This document shows, in pieces, positions 12,975-27,637 of a stretch of DNA of 64,000 nt. How positions within the stretch are numbered: position 1 is the first letter of the stretch; each line of letters begins with the position of its first letter. The DNA lies in NCBI RefSeq assembly GCF_009914755.1, contig NC_060933.1. One strand, written 5' to 3'. Under the pieces are notes generated by a model. That model saw nothing but the letters and a program-made list of their open reading frames with translations, was not told the origin of the DNA and did no database searches. Source of the stretch: the human T2T-CHM13v2.0 reference genome, Homo sapiens. The position numbers and the translations under genes were made by a program.

Positions 12975-13879
12975 TGAGTGTTACATTAGTTGTCTATATG
13001 TAGATACACTTGTCAAAATTTAAGCCATAAAACCCTCAGTGTCCCTCACTGTTCCCACCCCCTTAGCCTGGCATACTGGGTCTTTCACAAGCTTGTGTCA
13101 ACCTCCTCTACAGACTCATCTCTACACTGAGGGACTTGCAGTTTCCAAGTCCTCTGGCCTTGGGACCTTTGCCCATGCTGTTCTCTTCTGAATGCCCTTT
13201 CCTGCTTTGCTACTTTGTTCTTGCCCTTCTGGATTCAGCTCCTGGGAGGCCCTGTGGATTGAAGTCAGATGGCTCAAGTAGGCAGCTGGTTAGGACCCAG
13301 GAGACAGAAACGTGTCTGGGGAGGACAACACTTTCTTGTCCTGGTTTCTATTCAGCTGCAACTAGAGAAACAGATCACCTGTTTCTTGTTCAAAACTAGG
13401 ATCAGTGAGAGGAGGGTGGAAAGAGTAAGATCCTCCACAGTGCCCTCCCACCTCCCAGCCTCCCCCTACATAGCCTAGCCCCAAGGCAGAAACTTCCCAG
13501 CAGAAAAAGGAAAACTGATAACCTCATTCCTTGGTCTGGCTCTGTTAGGATTATCATCTGGTTTCCCCTGCTGGTGTTGGAAGAGCTGTGTTGGTGCAGG
13601 CCAGTGCTATCCTGTGACTAGAGGGAAGAAGCTCTGCCTGGGCCTGATTTGGCCACAAGCTCCTAGTAAGATGCTGAAAAGGAACACAAACTCTCGGCCC
13701 AGGACACCCTCCCCATGCCATCCCACACTTGACTTCTGCGCACCTTGTGAGCAGATCAGATTTGGTGTTGCTTCTTCCACATCATCCTCACATCCCCTTT
13801 CACAGACTCGGATAGATCCCCTCATGGGAACCTATGGATCTATGGCATATCTATGGATATGCCACCCCATGGCAACTGT

Positions 13880-14220
13880 CCTTTCCCCTTCATAGCATAC
13901 ATCACCCTGAATTATAGCTGCCTGTTTATGTATGTGTCTTCTGCACCAGGTAGTACTCTCTGATGGGGCAGGGATTGGGTCTGTCTTGTTCACAGTTGCA
14001 TCTCCAGCACCTGCAACTCTGCCTGGCTCAGAGTAAGTGCTCAATACTTTTTGTTTTTGATTGAATGATAGAATGACGAGTGAACTCTATTTCCCACTAG
14101 ACTGTGAGCACCATGTTGACAGGGACCATGCCCTGATCATCTCTGGATCCTTAGGGCCTATATAGTGCTTGCCACATAGGAGGTGCTCAGTAGACACTTA
14201 TGGATTTGAGTGAATGGACT
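13880..14220 (+). mobile_element. Two L2 3' end fragments
   Basis: gcctggctcagagtaagtgctcaata...gaatga and cactagactgtgagc...cacataggaggtgctcagtag. Confidence 0.7.
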
Positions 14221-14630
14221 TCAGTTTCTCCACTTACAATCTGAGTAAGAGGAAGATATTCTTTGCCCTCTCTCCCTCCTTCTCCAGCCACATTGGGGGT
14301 TGTGGTTGATGCTGTGAGGTCGTTCCTGCCTTATTCAACTTCATGTCCAAATCTTCTAATGGCAAAACAAAACATGGTGGCCAAGTCTCAGAGTCCAGGC
14401 ATCCCTCCCATAGCCCATAGCCAAGTATGGGAGAAGGGTGCTTCAGGGTCTCTCTCCATTCACTTTAGTCTCCAGCATTAGCCAAGATCCCACTGTCTAC
14501 CCTGAATTCTTCCTGCTATTGCACAAGGCTTCTTTCATCTTACTGTATTGTCAGGGAAAATATAGCCAAGATTATCTGCTCCTCAACCTGAAGTAAAATA
14601 TAGATTCTGCCTAATTTTAGAACCGGTGTT

Positions 14631-14936
14631 AGCCAGGTGTGGTGGCTCATGCCTATAATCCCAGCATTTTAGAAGGCCAAGGCAGCAGGGGAATCGCCTG
14701 AGTCCAGGAGTTCAAGACCAGCTGGAGCAATATGGCAAAACCCCATCTCTACAAAAAAAGCAAAAAAATTAGCTGGGTGTGGTGGCACACACCTGTAGTC
14801 CCAGCTACTCAGGAGGCTGAGGCAGAGGATCATTTGATCCCGGGAAGTGGAGGTTGCAGTGAGCCAAGATCGTGCCACTGCACTCCAACTTGGATGACAG
14901 AGTACGATCCTGTCTCAAAATAAAAATAAAGAATAA
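14631..14936 (+). mobile_element. AluJ
   Basis: Full-length Alu; TSD-like aaccggtgtt / aaccagtgtt. Confidence 0.93.
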
Positions 14937-15759
14937 AACCAGTGTTTCCACATCTGGAACTTTCTTTTCAAGTTTATATCACCTCTCCTTCCAAATCAGG
15001 TCTCCCCTCTTCCAGGAAGTACTCCTTGATTAAGCCAAAAATGTTTTAATTTTCACCACTTGTCCTATTACTCTGCATCCCCACAGCACTTGTAGTTTGT
15101 ACTTATTCCCTATCCTGTTTAAGTGTGTTCATCATCCTAACCATACTGCATAAGCAGGCACTATTTTAAGTAGGCTTGATAGATTATCAGAAATTGACAA
15201 GAAAAAATACACACCAAGAAGAAAGTAGAAGAGGATTTTTTTCTTTTCTTTTCTTTTTGCTTTATCATAGAATTTCTTGTCTTGGTGCTTACAAGCTGTG
15301 TAGCACAATGAGAGGAGAATGTGATTTCTGCAAAACATTTCAGGAAGCACAAAGAAGTATCTGTAAATACCCAGGAATAATGACCATGTCTTTTATTTGT
15401 ATTATTTTTCTAATTCCTCCACTCTATAGGGTTTGCCCAAAGTCCTTGATTTAAGCCCTTGAGTGTTGATTGGCTGACTTAGCTTTGGATTGTGGTCCAC
15501 TGAGATCGCTGGATCTTTTTAAGCTTTAGAGTTATGCCCTGCCATGTGGATGCAGGTGGAGGAAGGACTTCTCAGTGTGACCCATGAGAGGAGTAGCTCT
15601 CCTGGGCCCCAGGCCCCAGGCTGCATGTGTATGGGAGGGAGGAGGAGAAGCAAGGAAAGCAGGAGAGACAGAAGTATATACTGAGCTGGTATTTGGGGGA
15701 AGGGTTGGCGGGTTGGGAGAAGGGAAGAGAGGAGTCTGGGCCAAGGCCAGATGTGTCTC

Positions 15760-16850
15760 CCTTGGGGAGTCCTCAGAGCGGGCAGCCGGACGTCGCTCCA
15801 TCCTTCCCGCCTGACGGATGGGTCTGCTGCGCAGGCACAAGCTGTCGGGCCAGGCCCTGCCAAGGCAGAACAGTGGCGCTTCTGTGCGCGCTGCTCCCCT
15901 CCGCTCAGGAGGATGGGGCCCGCCCGGGAAGCCAGGGAGTGATGGAGAAAGCAGACGTCCCAGAACAGGAGCCGCGGGGTCACAGAAGCACAACTGCGTC
16001 CCGAAACAAGGAGCCACAGGATGAGGTGGGAGGGGACCGGGAATCAACGCGGGGGAGCGTTTGGGGGAAGTGCTGGTCGAAAGAAGAGAGGCAGAAGGAC
16101 GCGCGCTGAAGGAGCCTGGGGATGAAGAGCTCGATGATTTGGCCACAAGCCCCCTCACCTTTAAGAACAAAGCTTCCTGCATTCAGTTGCAGAGTTTTGT
16201 TTCCCGGTCAGATGCTCAGAGACCTTCCAACCTGTCCCCCACCCCTCAGCCTTGCCCATCTCCACGGGCATCTTCCGCGCCCTCGCCCGGGACTCGGAGC
16301 CCACCACCCTCCGCCTCCGCCTGGCCTGGCCCGCGAGATCCCTGACGCTCCAGTTCGGAATCTGGGATCCGCAGGCTCCCAGATCCGCCGCTGGCCCGGC
16401 TCCGACCCGCCCGTCAGCCGCCTCCCCCTCAGCGTTAATTAAAACTTGCGAGATGGAGAGGCTGGCGCGGGCGGCTCCGTTTAATTTGCAGCATCTTTCA
16501 TGCTGCTGACGATCGTAAAGGGCTTTAATATTGAAATATGGGCCATTTTCCCAGCTCCAGCCCTCGCCGCGCGCTCCCCGCACCCCCACATCCAGCCACC
16601 CCGCGCTTGATGAAAGAGCCCCTGCAAATCCATTAAGGAGAGATAATTGAAAACTCCGGGGTAATATTTAAGACCGCGTGCCGACGCGGGGTGGAGGGCC
16701 TGACTGCGCCCGCTTTGCCCCTCAGTGCTGGTGCGTGCCAGTCCCTAGCGCTCTAGGCCCACCAAAGCCCCGCGGACGCCCAGCCAAGGCCCGCCGTCTT
16801 AGCGGTGCCTCCTCACTCCCTGCACTCAAAGGGCTGGCTCTGCGCTAACC
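15760..16850. promoter_or_regulatory. CpG island with an embedded homeodomain-motif-rich core (16430-16675)
   Basis: Dense CpG; GTTAATTAAAAC (16434), TTAATTTGCA (16481), TCGTAAA (16513), GCCATTTT YY1-like (16542), CCATTAA, GATAATTGA. Confidence 0.8.
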
Positions 16851-17772
16851 TGGCTCTTCCGAAGACTTGCCTGAAGACCCGAGTTCCAAAAGGAGCCACA
16901 GGGCATGCTGTGTGACAGATGCATTAGGGCCAGAATGCACGGGGGCCAAAGCATCTTGTCCCACTCCTTCAGCTTCGGTTTGATGTACCAGCATCAGGCA
17001 CTGCTCAAGCTTCTGAGCACAGCATCCCCTCTGCCTGCAAACTTTTCCCTCCAGCACTTTCTACTTGGGGAATTGCTGTTCCTCTTTCAAAACCAACCCA
17101 GTTCCACCCCAAGTAATGGTGCAGTGGGGTATGGAACGTGGGTGGGAGTATAGACACACCAAGATCCTGGTGTGACCATTGTTGCAGTTGCATGATGAGG
17201 ACACTATACTGCTCTGTTTTCATATGTTTTCAATGTTCCACGACAAACATGTTTAGAAAGCAGCTGAAGCATCTTCTTTTATGCCTCCCTCTCCCATAAA
17301 TACAGACTACCTGTTATCTTGTACATTGATGTTCCTTAGCACATCGTGTTGCCATTATCTGTTTAAAGTCTTTCTGCCTACTCAGCTGTGACATCTTCAG
17401 GACAGGGATCAGGTCTAATTTCACTCCTTAGCCCTTGCTCCAGGCCCAGTGCAAGGCACATAACATGCGCTCAGTAAACATCACTGAATAGGCTGCTCTC
17501 TGGGTACCTAGAAGTCTCTAGGGCTTAAGGTTAGGATACAAGCACAAGAAAGGAGGGTAGGGCAAAGCGTGGAAGAAGGGTGGGGTCTGTGAGGCTGGGT
17601 TGGGGATCATGTCTCTCTCCCACAATGACTGGCTTCAGGATGTTCCCAGAATGGGAAAAGGGTAGAGGACCCTGATCTGCACTGTGATTTAGGAATCCTT
17701 AGGTCTCTACCTGGGACTTTTGGGGATGTTTCTCCACTTCACTCCATTTGGCTTACTCTCCCAATCAGGTTA

Positions 17773-17773
<1 letters not shown>

Positions 17774-17813
<40 letters not shown>
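17774..17813. repeat. (CA)n microsatellite, ~20 units
   Basis: Direct reading. Confidence 0.98.
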
Positions 17814-17814
<1 letters not shown>

Positions 17815-18301
17815 ACCACCACACACCTTAGACAGGGAAAGAGTGGGAAAGAGGGAAGCAGAAGAGATTATTTGAAGACCTACTTGTGCAAAAGGCATGA
17901 GTAGTTCAGGCATTTCCATGGATACCCAGCTAACCCCCTACCACAGGGCCTTTCCTACTTACCCCTGTTGCACAGTCTTCCCCAACACTGTGTCCAACAC
18001 CCATACAGGGGTTATACTCACAGGATGGCACTATCGAGGAAGAGGGGGCTGTTCTGACTCAGCCCCCCTAACCGCACATTGGCCCTGAAGCCACAGTTGC
18101 AATGATGCCCTCTCTATGGCCAGAATGAGATCCAAACCATTCCAAAGTTCCATTTCCAAATAAGGACTCCTCGTTAGAACTACAAAACATCAGAGCTGGA
18201 GGCAACCAAAAGAGCACTGTGTCCCCTCTTAGTATCTGTGGGGCAACTAAGACTTAGAAAGGGTCTGTGATGTGCCCCAGGTCACAAAGCCATTGGTAAC
18301 T

Positions 18302-18599
18302 GGGCGGGCAGGGTGGCTCACGCTTGAAATCCTAGCACTTTGGGAGGCCAAGGCGGGTGGATCATTTGAGGTCAGGAGTTCGAGACCAGCCTGGCCAACG
18401 TGGCGAAACCCTGTCTCTACTAAAAATACAAAAATTATCGGGCAGTAGTGGAGCATGCCTGTAATCCCAGTTACTGAGGAGGCTGAGGCAGGGGAATTGC
18501 TTGAGCCTGGGAGGCAGAGGTTGCAGCAAGCTGAGATCATACTACTGCACTCCAGTCTGGGCGACAGAGTGCGACCTTGTCTCAGGAAAAAAAAAAAAA
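18302..18599 (+). mobile_element. AluSx-like
   Basis: Full Alu; TSD aaagccattggtaac / aaagccatttgtaac. Confidence 0.95.
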
Positions 18600-18747
18600 G
18601 CCATTTGTAACAAAACCAGTGCTAGAATCCCAGAAAGTTAGTGGTGGAGTTGGAATTAGAATCCCAATCTCTTGACCCACTTAAATATATACAATTGGTA
18701 TTCGAAGTGCTTTTCACAAACATTATCTCATTTAATTCTCTCTCTCT

Positions 18748-19031
<284 letters not shown>

Positions 19032-19916
19032 TGAGATAGCGTCACAATTCCCATCTACAGATGAGAAAAATGAGGATCAGGGAGAGCCATGATTTGTCCA
19101 GTGTCATACACGGGTGCAAAACAGATCCAGGATTTGAACCCCAGTTTGACTGGCTCCAATTCCAGTGCCCTTTCCACTCACTTCTCCAGTATCTCCCCCT
19201 ATACCCCACCCAGCCAAGTCAGGCCAGTTTCCCAGACACTCACCCTTCATCCCTGGACATCTCCAGCCAGAGGTCTTTTCTCTCCTTAGCCCAGCTTCCC
19301 CCACCCAGGGCAATGTTCTTTGCCCCAGATTTGGAGGTGGGGGTGTGGTAGTCTCCGCGGTGGTTCTGGGTACAGGCCTCCATGAACTGAAGCCATGCAC
19401 AGCCTGGCCTCCTTTGCGCAGCCCTACTCCTGTTCGTGGCCACGGAGGCCTCAGCCATAAATCCCCAGGTCTCGGCTCATAACCATTAGCAAGCGATGGG
19501 GCTCATCAGGACGCCTTTATGAGACTCCGGTCAAATAAATGGATTGCCGGAGGTCAGGAACAAGGGATCTCCTTGCCTTGCCTTGCTTCCGAGATGCTCC
19601 CACCGCCCAGAGGTTGGCAGATTCTGTTTGACTCACAGCTGTAGGTGGAAGTGGGGGCATTGTCACAGTGGGATAAAGATGTACAGTATCCCCTGGTACT
19701 CCACACCCATGGAAGGAAAAGCGCTTGGAAATGCACATCCTCATATAGCCCACAGTCATTAGGGCTGGAGGAACACACACACAGAGGCACATATACACAC
19801 TCAGACCCCCATCTCTGATTCAAATCCACTCTTCAGCAACCAACCCCCCAACCCCACCCACCTCACATCATCTGATGTCCTCACACTCCATCCCTCCTGT
19901 GAGGTATTTCCTGAAA

Positions 19917-20070
19917 CACTGCTTCTCAAACACCACTGTGCATACAAATGACCTGGGACCTGGTTAAAATGCAGATTCTGACTCAGTAGATCTGGGGTGG
20001 CACCTGAGCTCTGTTTTCTAACCAGCTTCCAGGTAAGGCCAGGGCTGCTTCTCCAAAGATTTTAAGCAGT
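19917..20070. mobile_element. MER5A (hAT-Charlie MITE)
   Basis: gttaaaatgcagattctgactcagtagatctggggtgg...ttttctaaccagcttccagg. Confidence 0.8.
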
Positions 20071-20193
20071 GGTCCTCCCACATTAGAAGGGCAGGGGCTT
20101 TCAAAATGTAAAAGAGATAGGAGAGTGCAGTTTGGGAAAGCTCCTCTCCCACTCCCATCCCCCAAATGCTGCTGTGCACACCCAGGTGACTGA

Positions 20194-20870
<677 letters not shown>

Positions 20871-21190
20871 GGCCAGTCACAGTGGCTCATGCCTGTAATC
20901 CCACCACTTTGGGAGGCTGAGGGGGGCAGATCATTTGAGGTCAGGAGCTCGAGACCAGCCTGGCCAATGTGATGAAACCTCGTCTCTACTAAAAATACAA
21001 AAATTAGCTGGGCATGGTGGCACAAGCCTGTAATCCCAGCTACTCTGGAGGCTGAGGCAGGAGAATCACTTGAACCTGGGAGACACAGGTGGCAGTGATC
21101 CAAGACTGCCACTGCACTTCCACCTGGGTGACAGAGGGAGCCTCTGTCTCAAGAAAAATAAAAAATAAAAATAAAAATAAAAAAATAAAA
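20871..21190 (+). mobile_element. AluSx-like with (TAAAAA)n tail
   Basis: Full Alu; inverted relative to the Alu ~235 bp upstream. Confidence 0.95.
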
Positions 21191-21499
21191 GATTATCTGA
21201 AAGAGTATCTGAATCCAGGACTGAGGCTGTAGGTAATCTGAGAAAGTATCTTGGAGGAAGGAAAATGGGAGGAAAAGAACATTGTGTGAAGGACTTAAGA
21301 AAGGTGACTCAAGGAAAGTGGGAAGGCAAGGGTATCCAGATAAGATTGGCCCCATTGGTCCTGGGTTGATATGACAGGGGTGAGGAAGGGTCCTGGAGGG
21401 AGAGATCCTGGGGGTAGCAGCAGATGCCGCAGGGTCTCGGAAACCATGGCAGGCACTAAGAAGACACGTGGGCTTCCCTCCACCTCATGGACAAGGACC

Positions 21500-21715
21500 T
21501 TCATTTATTCATTCTTTCCTACACTTGACAAATTCTTACTGAGATCTTATTAGGCACCAGGCACTGTGTTTGGTGCTGAATATTCAGGAATGAGCACAAT
21601 GGGTCTGGTTCCTACCCTCCTAGAGATTACAGTCCAGTGGGAGAGACTGACAGTAAACATATTAATATGTTACAGTTGGGCCAAGTCTACAAAGGATAGG
21701 GTATGATAACATGTA
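21500..21715 (-). mobile_element. L2 fragment
   Basis: tcatttattcattc...caccaggcactgtgtttggtgctg...cagtccagtgggagagactgac. Confidence 0.7.
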
Positions 21716-23824
21716 TGATGGGTGGTTCCCTAGGGAGAAGTTTCCCTAGGGAGTGACAGTCACCCAGAGTGCTGATGGGTGGAGGTCTTTTTTGCCAGCC
21801 CCCTGCCAAGCTTTCGTCCTGGACTTTCCTGCATTCCTCTGCACTGTCCCTTTAAGAGGAGCATCTCTTCCCTGAGCAAAGGCAGTTCGGGCACACAGCC
21901 TGAGCCTGCCAAGGTTGTGGGCCATAAATCAACGCTGGCACTCCCTTGGCAGTGGGCTCTCCTCTGAGCTGCCCAGATGGCAGGCAAGCCTGGGGCTCCA
22001 GGGGCAGCCAGGCACTCAGGAGGGGGGAGGCGGGCAAGGTGTGGACACAGCTGGGCCCCAGGCTCCTGATGGCAGCTGCCCACTTCTGTCTAAGGGCCCT
22101 AGGCCAGGGAAAATGCCAAAGTCCTTCTATTCTAGTCCCAGGGACCTTCTGACTCCCAAGTCAGTCTAGCATGGGGCTGTTGAGATTATTGTTCCCACCC
22201 CAGCCAGGGACCAGGGCCTCATAGGCATCCTCTGAGACCAAGGGTCTTGGATGATGTCTTGGGATCACAGTCTGCTCTAACATTCAACCTGAAAGTTCTG
22301 CCTGTGGTTTGACCTTCTTTCCTCTTGCTGTAGCCAAGGTGTCTTCTTTTACCCTGCATGAAAGATGAAAGACAGTAGCTCCCCATTTAGTGGGGGCTTT
22401 GGGACTGTGTGATATCTCCCCCCGCCTTCACTTTAAGCCTCCCAGAAAAGCAGGATAAAAAGATGCTTCAAAGTCAGTTGGAGAGATGGAACTCTGCCCT
22501 CTTGGGGGTTGCCATCCCTCTGCCACCCTCACAGGTGCTGTGACAGAGGGAACATATGTTGCTCCTACCCCAGAGGATGGAGACAACATCTTAGCAGCCA
22601 CAGCCCCACAGAGCTGGGCTCAGCAGGCCTTGACAGAACTGGAAAGGCATCCTCTCTCCTGGGCCTGGGCCTGGCCTAAGCCTGGGTTGTGGGCGGAGGG
22701 GTGGAAGCAAAGCCTGTAGACCCCTCCCAGAAAGGAATCAACAGGCTTGACTGCTCTCCCCACGCTCACTCCCAAACAGTAGAACAGTGGAAAATTCATG
22801 GGTTCCAGAACAATAGAGATTTCCTGGGATGTCCTTGTCCTCAGATTCTCTGTGAGAAGTCAGAGTTTACAAGTCCTTAGAGATTCTTTCTCACACACTC
22901 ATCATACAGATGAGGAAACTGAGATGCAGAGAAGTTCACCCAGGTCTTTTTCAGGTTGTTTTTACTACACCACATTTGCCACATGAACAGAAACTCCCAG
23001 AGCTACCACTAAGCAGGATGTATTAGACTCTAAAGGTAGTAGCATAGATGGAGGTTAGGTAACAAGTAGAACTTTCTCAGAATAGTAGGTCACAGAAGAA
23101 GATGAGAAGCAAAGTAAAGAAAGTGCATTCTCTAAAACAGTGGGGTGGGGGTGAGAGGGATGGAGCCAAAGAATCAGGTTAGAATTTTGCAAAAAGATAG
23201 AAATATAGAGAACACAGGAGAGGGAGCTGGCATAGAGCCCAGAGCAAGGACAACTGGGGTGTGGAGCTTCTGGGGTTCTTCATTCAGGACCCCTAGATTT
23301 CATCTGTCCCAGGCTTCTGGGTATCACCAGTAGTTTAAAGTCAGGCCTCATCTGGGCTGATTCTCTTGGCTTTCTCCTTGCTCTCCCGGGATGGCTTATC
23401 TGGCTGCCAGAGTCATTTGCCATCTCTAATTTGTGTTTAAATTAAAGTTCCCACAAACAGAGGTTTAATGTGCTGTTACCAAGAACTCCCAGGCCCCCTG
23501 CAGCTCTGGGAAGTTGAAGGGGCTGGGGAGAAGAGGTCAGTCTGTGTGCATCCCATCAAAGCTGATCCCACTGGCATTGGACCTGGAGTGGACAGCCCAA
23601 CTAAGTGTCTCTGTCCTTGCTGCTCCATCCAGAATGGTGATGACAGGGGGCAGGGCAGGGAAAAGCATGCTCACAAAGGGCCTGGGACCAACATGCCCGT
23701 TCAGGGGCTCCTGGGTGGCTGTTCACCCTTTTTCAGGATGGTGAGGAGAAGGCAGGAGAGGTGGGCAATGAGAAGAGGGCAGGGGGTGGAAAATAAGGAG
23801 AGAGCAGGAGGCTCCATTCTTTAA

Positions 23825-24040
23825 CACTTGTGTATGGCGCTCACTGTGTGCCAGCACTGTTCCTGGGCACCTCACAACTACAAATTCAACCTTCTACACA
23901 ACCTGTAAGGCAGGTGTTATTATCATTAGCCCCATTTTTATAGATGGGGAAACAGAGGCATGCCCAGTATCACACAGCCAGTAAGAGGCAGATCCAAGGA
24001 GTCAAGCCAGTGCCATCTAGCTCCAGATTCCCAGTGCTAT
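23825..24040 (-). mobile_element. MIR
   Basis: cccatttttatagatggggaaacagaggca...cacacagccagtaagaggcaga. Confidence 0.8.
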
Positions 24041-24559
24041 GCTGACACTTAAGCCAAAATTTATCTGTCACCCTCCCAATCCCTTGATCACAAGGTGAGG
24101 CTTCTCTTTGCCAGAGCAACTGAGACAAAGTGAAGCTCCCATCCTGCTCCCCAGATCTTTACCTCTCTGGGCCACAGTCTTCTCATCTGTAAAATGAGGA
24201 TAAGATACTAGGAGGGGTTGAGGGTCTGGGAAGGTTTCATGAGACAGCTTGTCAGTGACCAGCACAGGGTAGGTCCCCAGCAGTGGCTGTTTCCTTCTCT
24301 GTAGTCTAACCATAAGCCTTCCTGCTGTGCCTTCCTGCACTGCCTCTTAATTCTGCTTTCAAAGGAGCTAGTGGCAGTGACCCTCGCCCCTTAAAGAAAC
24401 TCTCAGGAGAGCATTGTTCCTCATTCATTTGTCCAAATTCTCTCTCTTCCTCTGGGAAACCCTGAAAAAGAGGGATAACAAAGCTGAACTGGAGCCCCAA
24501 CCTGCTCTGTCCCCACCTCCTCTGCACCCAGGTGAGCCAGTCAGGGTGGCAACAGAAAA

Positions 24560-24950
24560 TAAATGACACATTCGAGAGGGTTTCACTGAAGGGTTTAGTG
24601 ATGTGGCAGTTTCTAAAGGCATAGATCAGATGAAGAAAACTAATAAGGGCTAGTGTGGCACCAGGATAGAAATATCTCTACCAAAGCCCATGCCAACTGG
24701 GCTCACGGGACACAGGAGAGAGGCCACTCAGCAAAGCTGTGACCAAGGAGGAAACACAACCACCACCAGAGCTGCAAGCAGGCAAAAAGGGGGGCTGACA
24801 GGGAATGGAGGAAACAAATACCCTGACTCCTCTCTCCCCCTTCTCAGCCGGGAACTCTATTGGCCGAGAGATCAGGGGGCCCATGTGACACAGTCTGCAG
24901 AGGTCAGCCTCCCTGGGCAGAGCAGCACAGAGAACACAGCGGGGCAAACA
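24560..24950 (-). mobile_element. Old ERVL/MaLR-type LTR remnant
   Basis: gaggtcagcctccctgggcagagcag and ctattggccga motifs typical of LTR33/MLT-class LTRs; subfamily uncertain. Confidence 0.4.
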
Positions 24951-25309
24951 TAAAACCATCCCCGTCCCATCCCACCCGTGAGTCCCTGCTCTGATACCAA
25001 AGCCTCCTCTCTGCTGCTTTATTGCCACCACTGTCACTGCCTGCAGCCAAACAGTGACTGACAGGGAAGGAGAGTCAAGACTCCCTCAAGCAAATACTCC
25101 AGCTCACAAGGAAGGTGGGATCCAGGCAGAGGGCAGCTTGAGGGAAGAGGGCTGTGTCTGAAGGGCAGCAGAGCAGGGACTGCCCACTCCCAGCATGGAG
25201 AGACAAAGAGAAGGACCGCACTGGGGGTGAGGATGTCAAACGGTGATAGTAAATGACTCTCTTTCCTCAGCATATGATACAAATCACTGTGGATCTCCCT
25301 TCCTCCTCC

Positions 25310-25445
25310 CCTCTCTAGACCAGGAGCCCTTGTGGGGAAGGGATTTTGTCTTGTTCTTCCTTGATATCTAGCACAGTGCCTCTTAGGGGCATAATCAGAA
25401 TTTATTGAATAAATAAGCAAATAGATATGTAAATGAATGAACAAA
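25310..25445 (+). mobile_element. L2 3' end
   Basis: tttgtcttgttc...tctagcacagtgcc...tttattgaataaat...aatgaatgaa. Confidence 0.65.
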
Positions 25446-26175
25446 CCCATTTGCAGCTCATATGCACAGCCCTGGGACCTGGTCAGGGAGCACTGTTGAA
25501 TGAATGGCATGCAGCATTCCTACAGAAGTTTTATTTCAATCAGTTCCATCACCTACCACCTCAGGTTTCCTTTCAGCCACTGAGTCACGGGCCACACAGC
25601 CCACGTTTGTCTCCACGCTGGCCAGAGGCTGTGCTTTGATAGCACCCACTCAAATGTGCAGTGACCTCATCTAGCTCCTCCTGATGGAGGAATGAGGGGA
25701 GTAGCAAGTGACTTCCTTTCTCACAGCAGCCTTTCTGTGAGCTCTTTCTTGAGAGAAATCTTGATCCATGGCAAACCGTCTGTGGTATTCTTGGCTGTAG
25801 CCCTTGGTGGGAGATGGGAGGAGGGAATGACAGTGCCAAGGATGCAGCTGAAGGATCGTCACCCTGGGAGCCACAGCTCTGGCTTACTTTTTCCAATGGG
25901 CCATAAAGACTGAGGGAGGCAGGCGGAAGCAGGGGCACCAGACTAACAAACTAGAGTTTCAAGTGTAGTCCCCATGCGATGCCCACCTTGCGAAGTGGTT
26001 ACAGATGCTGGGGCTGGGCTCGAGATGCCTGTTCTACCACCTGCTGGCTGTACAACCTTGGGTAAGATACTTGATTACCATGCCTCAGTTTCTGCATCTT
26101 AAAAAATGTGAATAACAGTAATGCCTACTTCACATGGTGGTGAAAAAGTAGATGAGTTAATAGTTATGAGATACA

Positions 26176-26605
<430 letters not shown>

Positions 26606-27233
26606 ATGAAAGTTTTGAACTATTTAGGAGAGTACATGATCCATGGTAAGCTCTATATAAATTTTGTTACATAAAATTAAGGTTCTAGTCCCATAAACTT
26701 TTTTCTGTAATAAGCTGCTCAGCCTTAGATACCTCTCATATTTGCTGTGAGAAGTGAACAAATGCATGTGAAAACTGTAATGTGTTTATAATTTTTATTA
26801 TTTGTCATCAAGATCATGTAAGAGACCTGATTTAGTAGAGGGTGAAGGGATGCGAAAGGGGCTGTCAGTCATCAACTTTTGATTATCTGCCTTGTTAAGG
26901 TCCCCTTCTTGTCAACATAATCAGCTCTTTGGCTTGTTCAAGTCTTTTGTTGACAATATCCAGGCCTCTCATGGTTCCTCCCACACACAACGGGCTGCAC
27001 AGCAAGGGCTGGAAGGAAAAAGCCTTTGAAGGCAAAACGGGTCCTTCCCTTCCTTAGCCTTGAAGCGGGAATAACCACTAGACAGAAGGCTGTGAGGGAG
27101 GACTCAGGCACTTCCACTGTGGCTGCTTTGCCTTTGGGCAGGAGGGGAAACTGATCAGCTCCCTCTGTGGTAGGGCCGCAGGAAGAGATGTTGGCATTTG
27201 TTATGAAGTGCTAGGCATAAAAACACATACATG

Positions 27234-27637
<404 letters not shown>

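Noticed and set aside
13844-13863. 8-bp inverted repeat ggcatatc/gatatgcc
   Set aside because: Short enough to arise by chance or slippage; no supporting context
15519-16589. Long overlapping ORFs (216, 160, 154, 142 aa) in the CpG island
   Set aside because: Present on both strands, low-complexity P/S/G/R-rich with no domain; expected from stop-codon scarcity in GC-rich DNA
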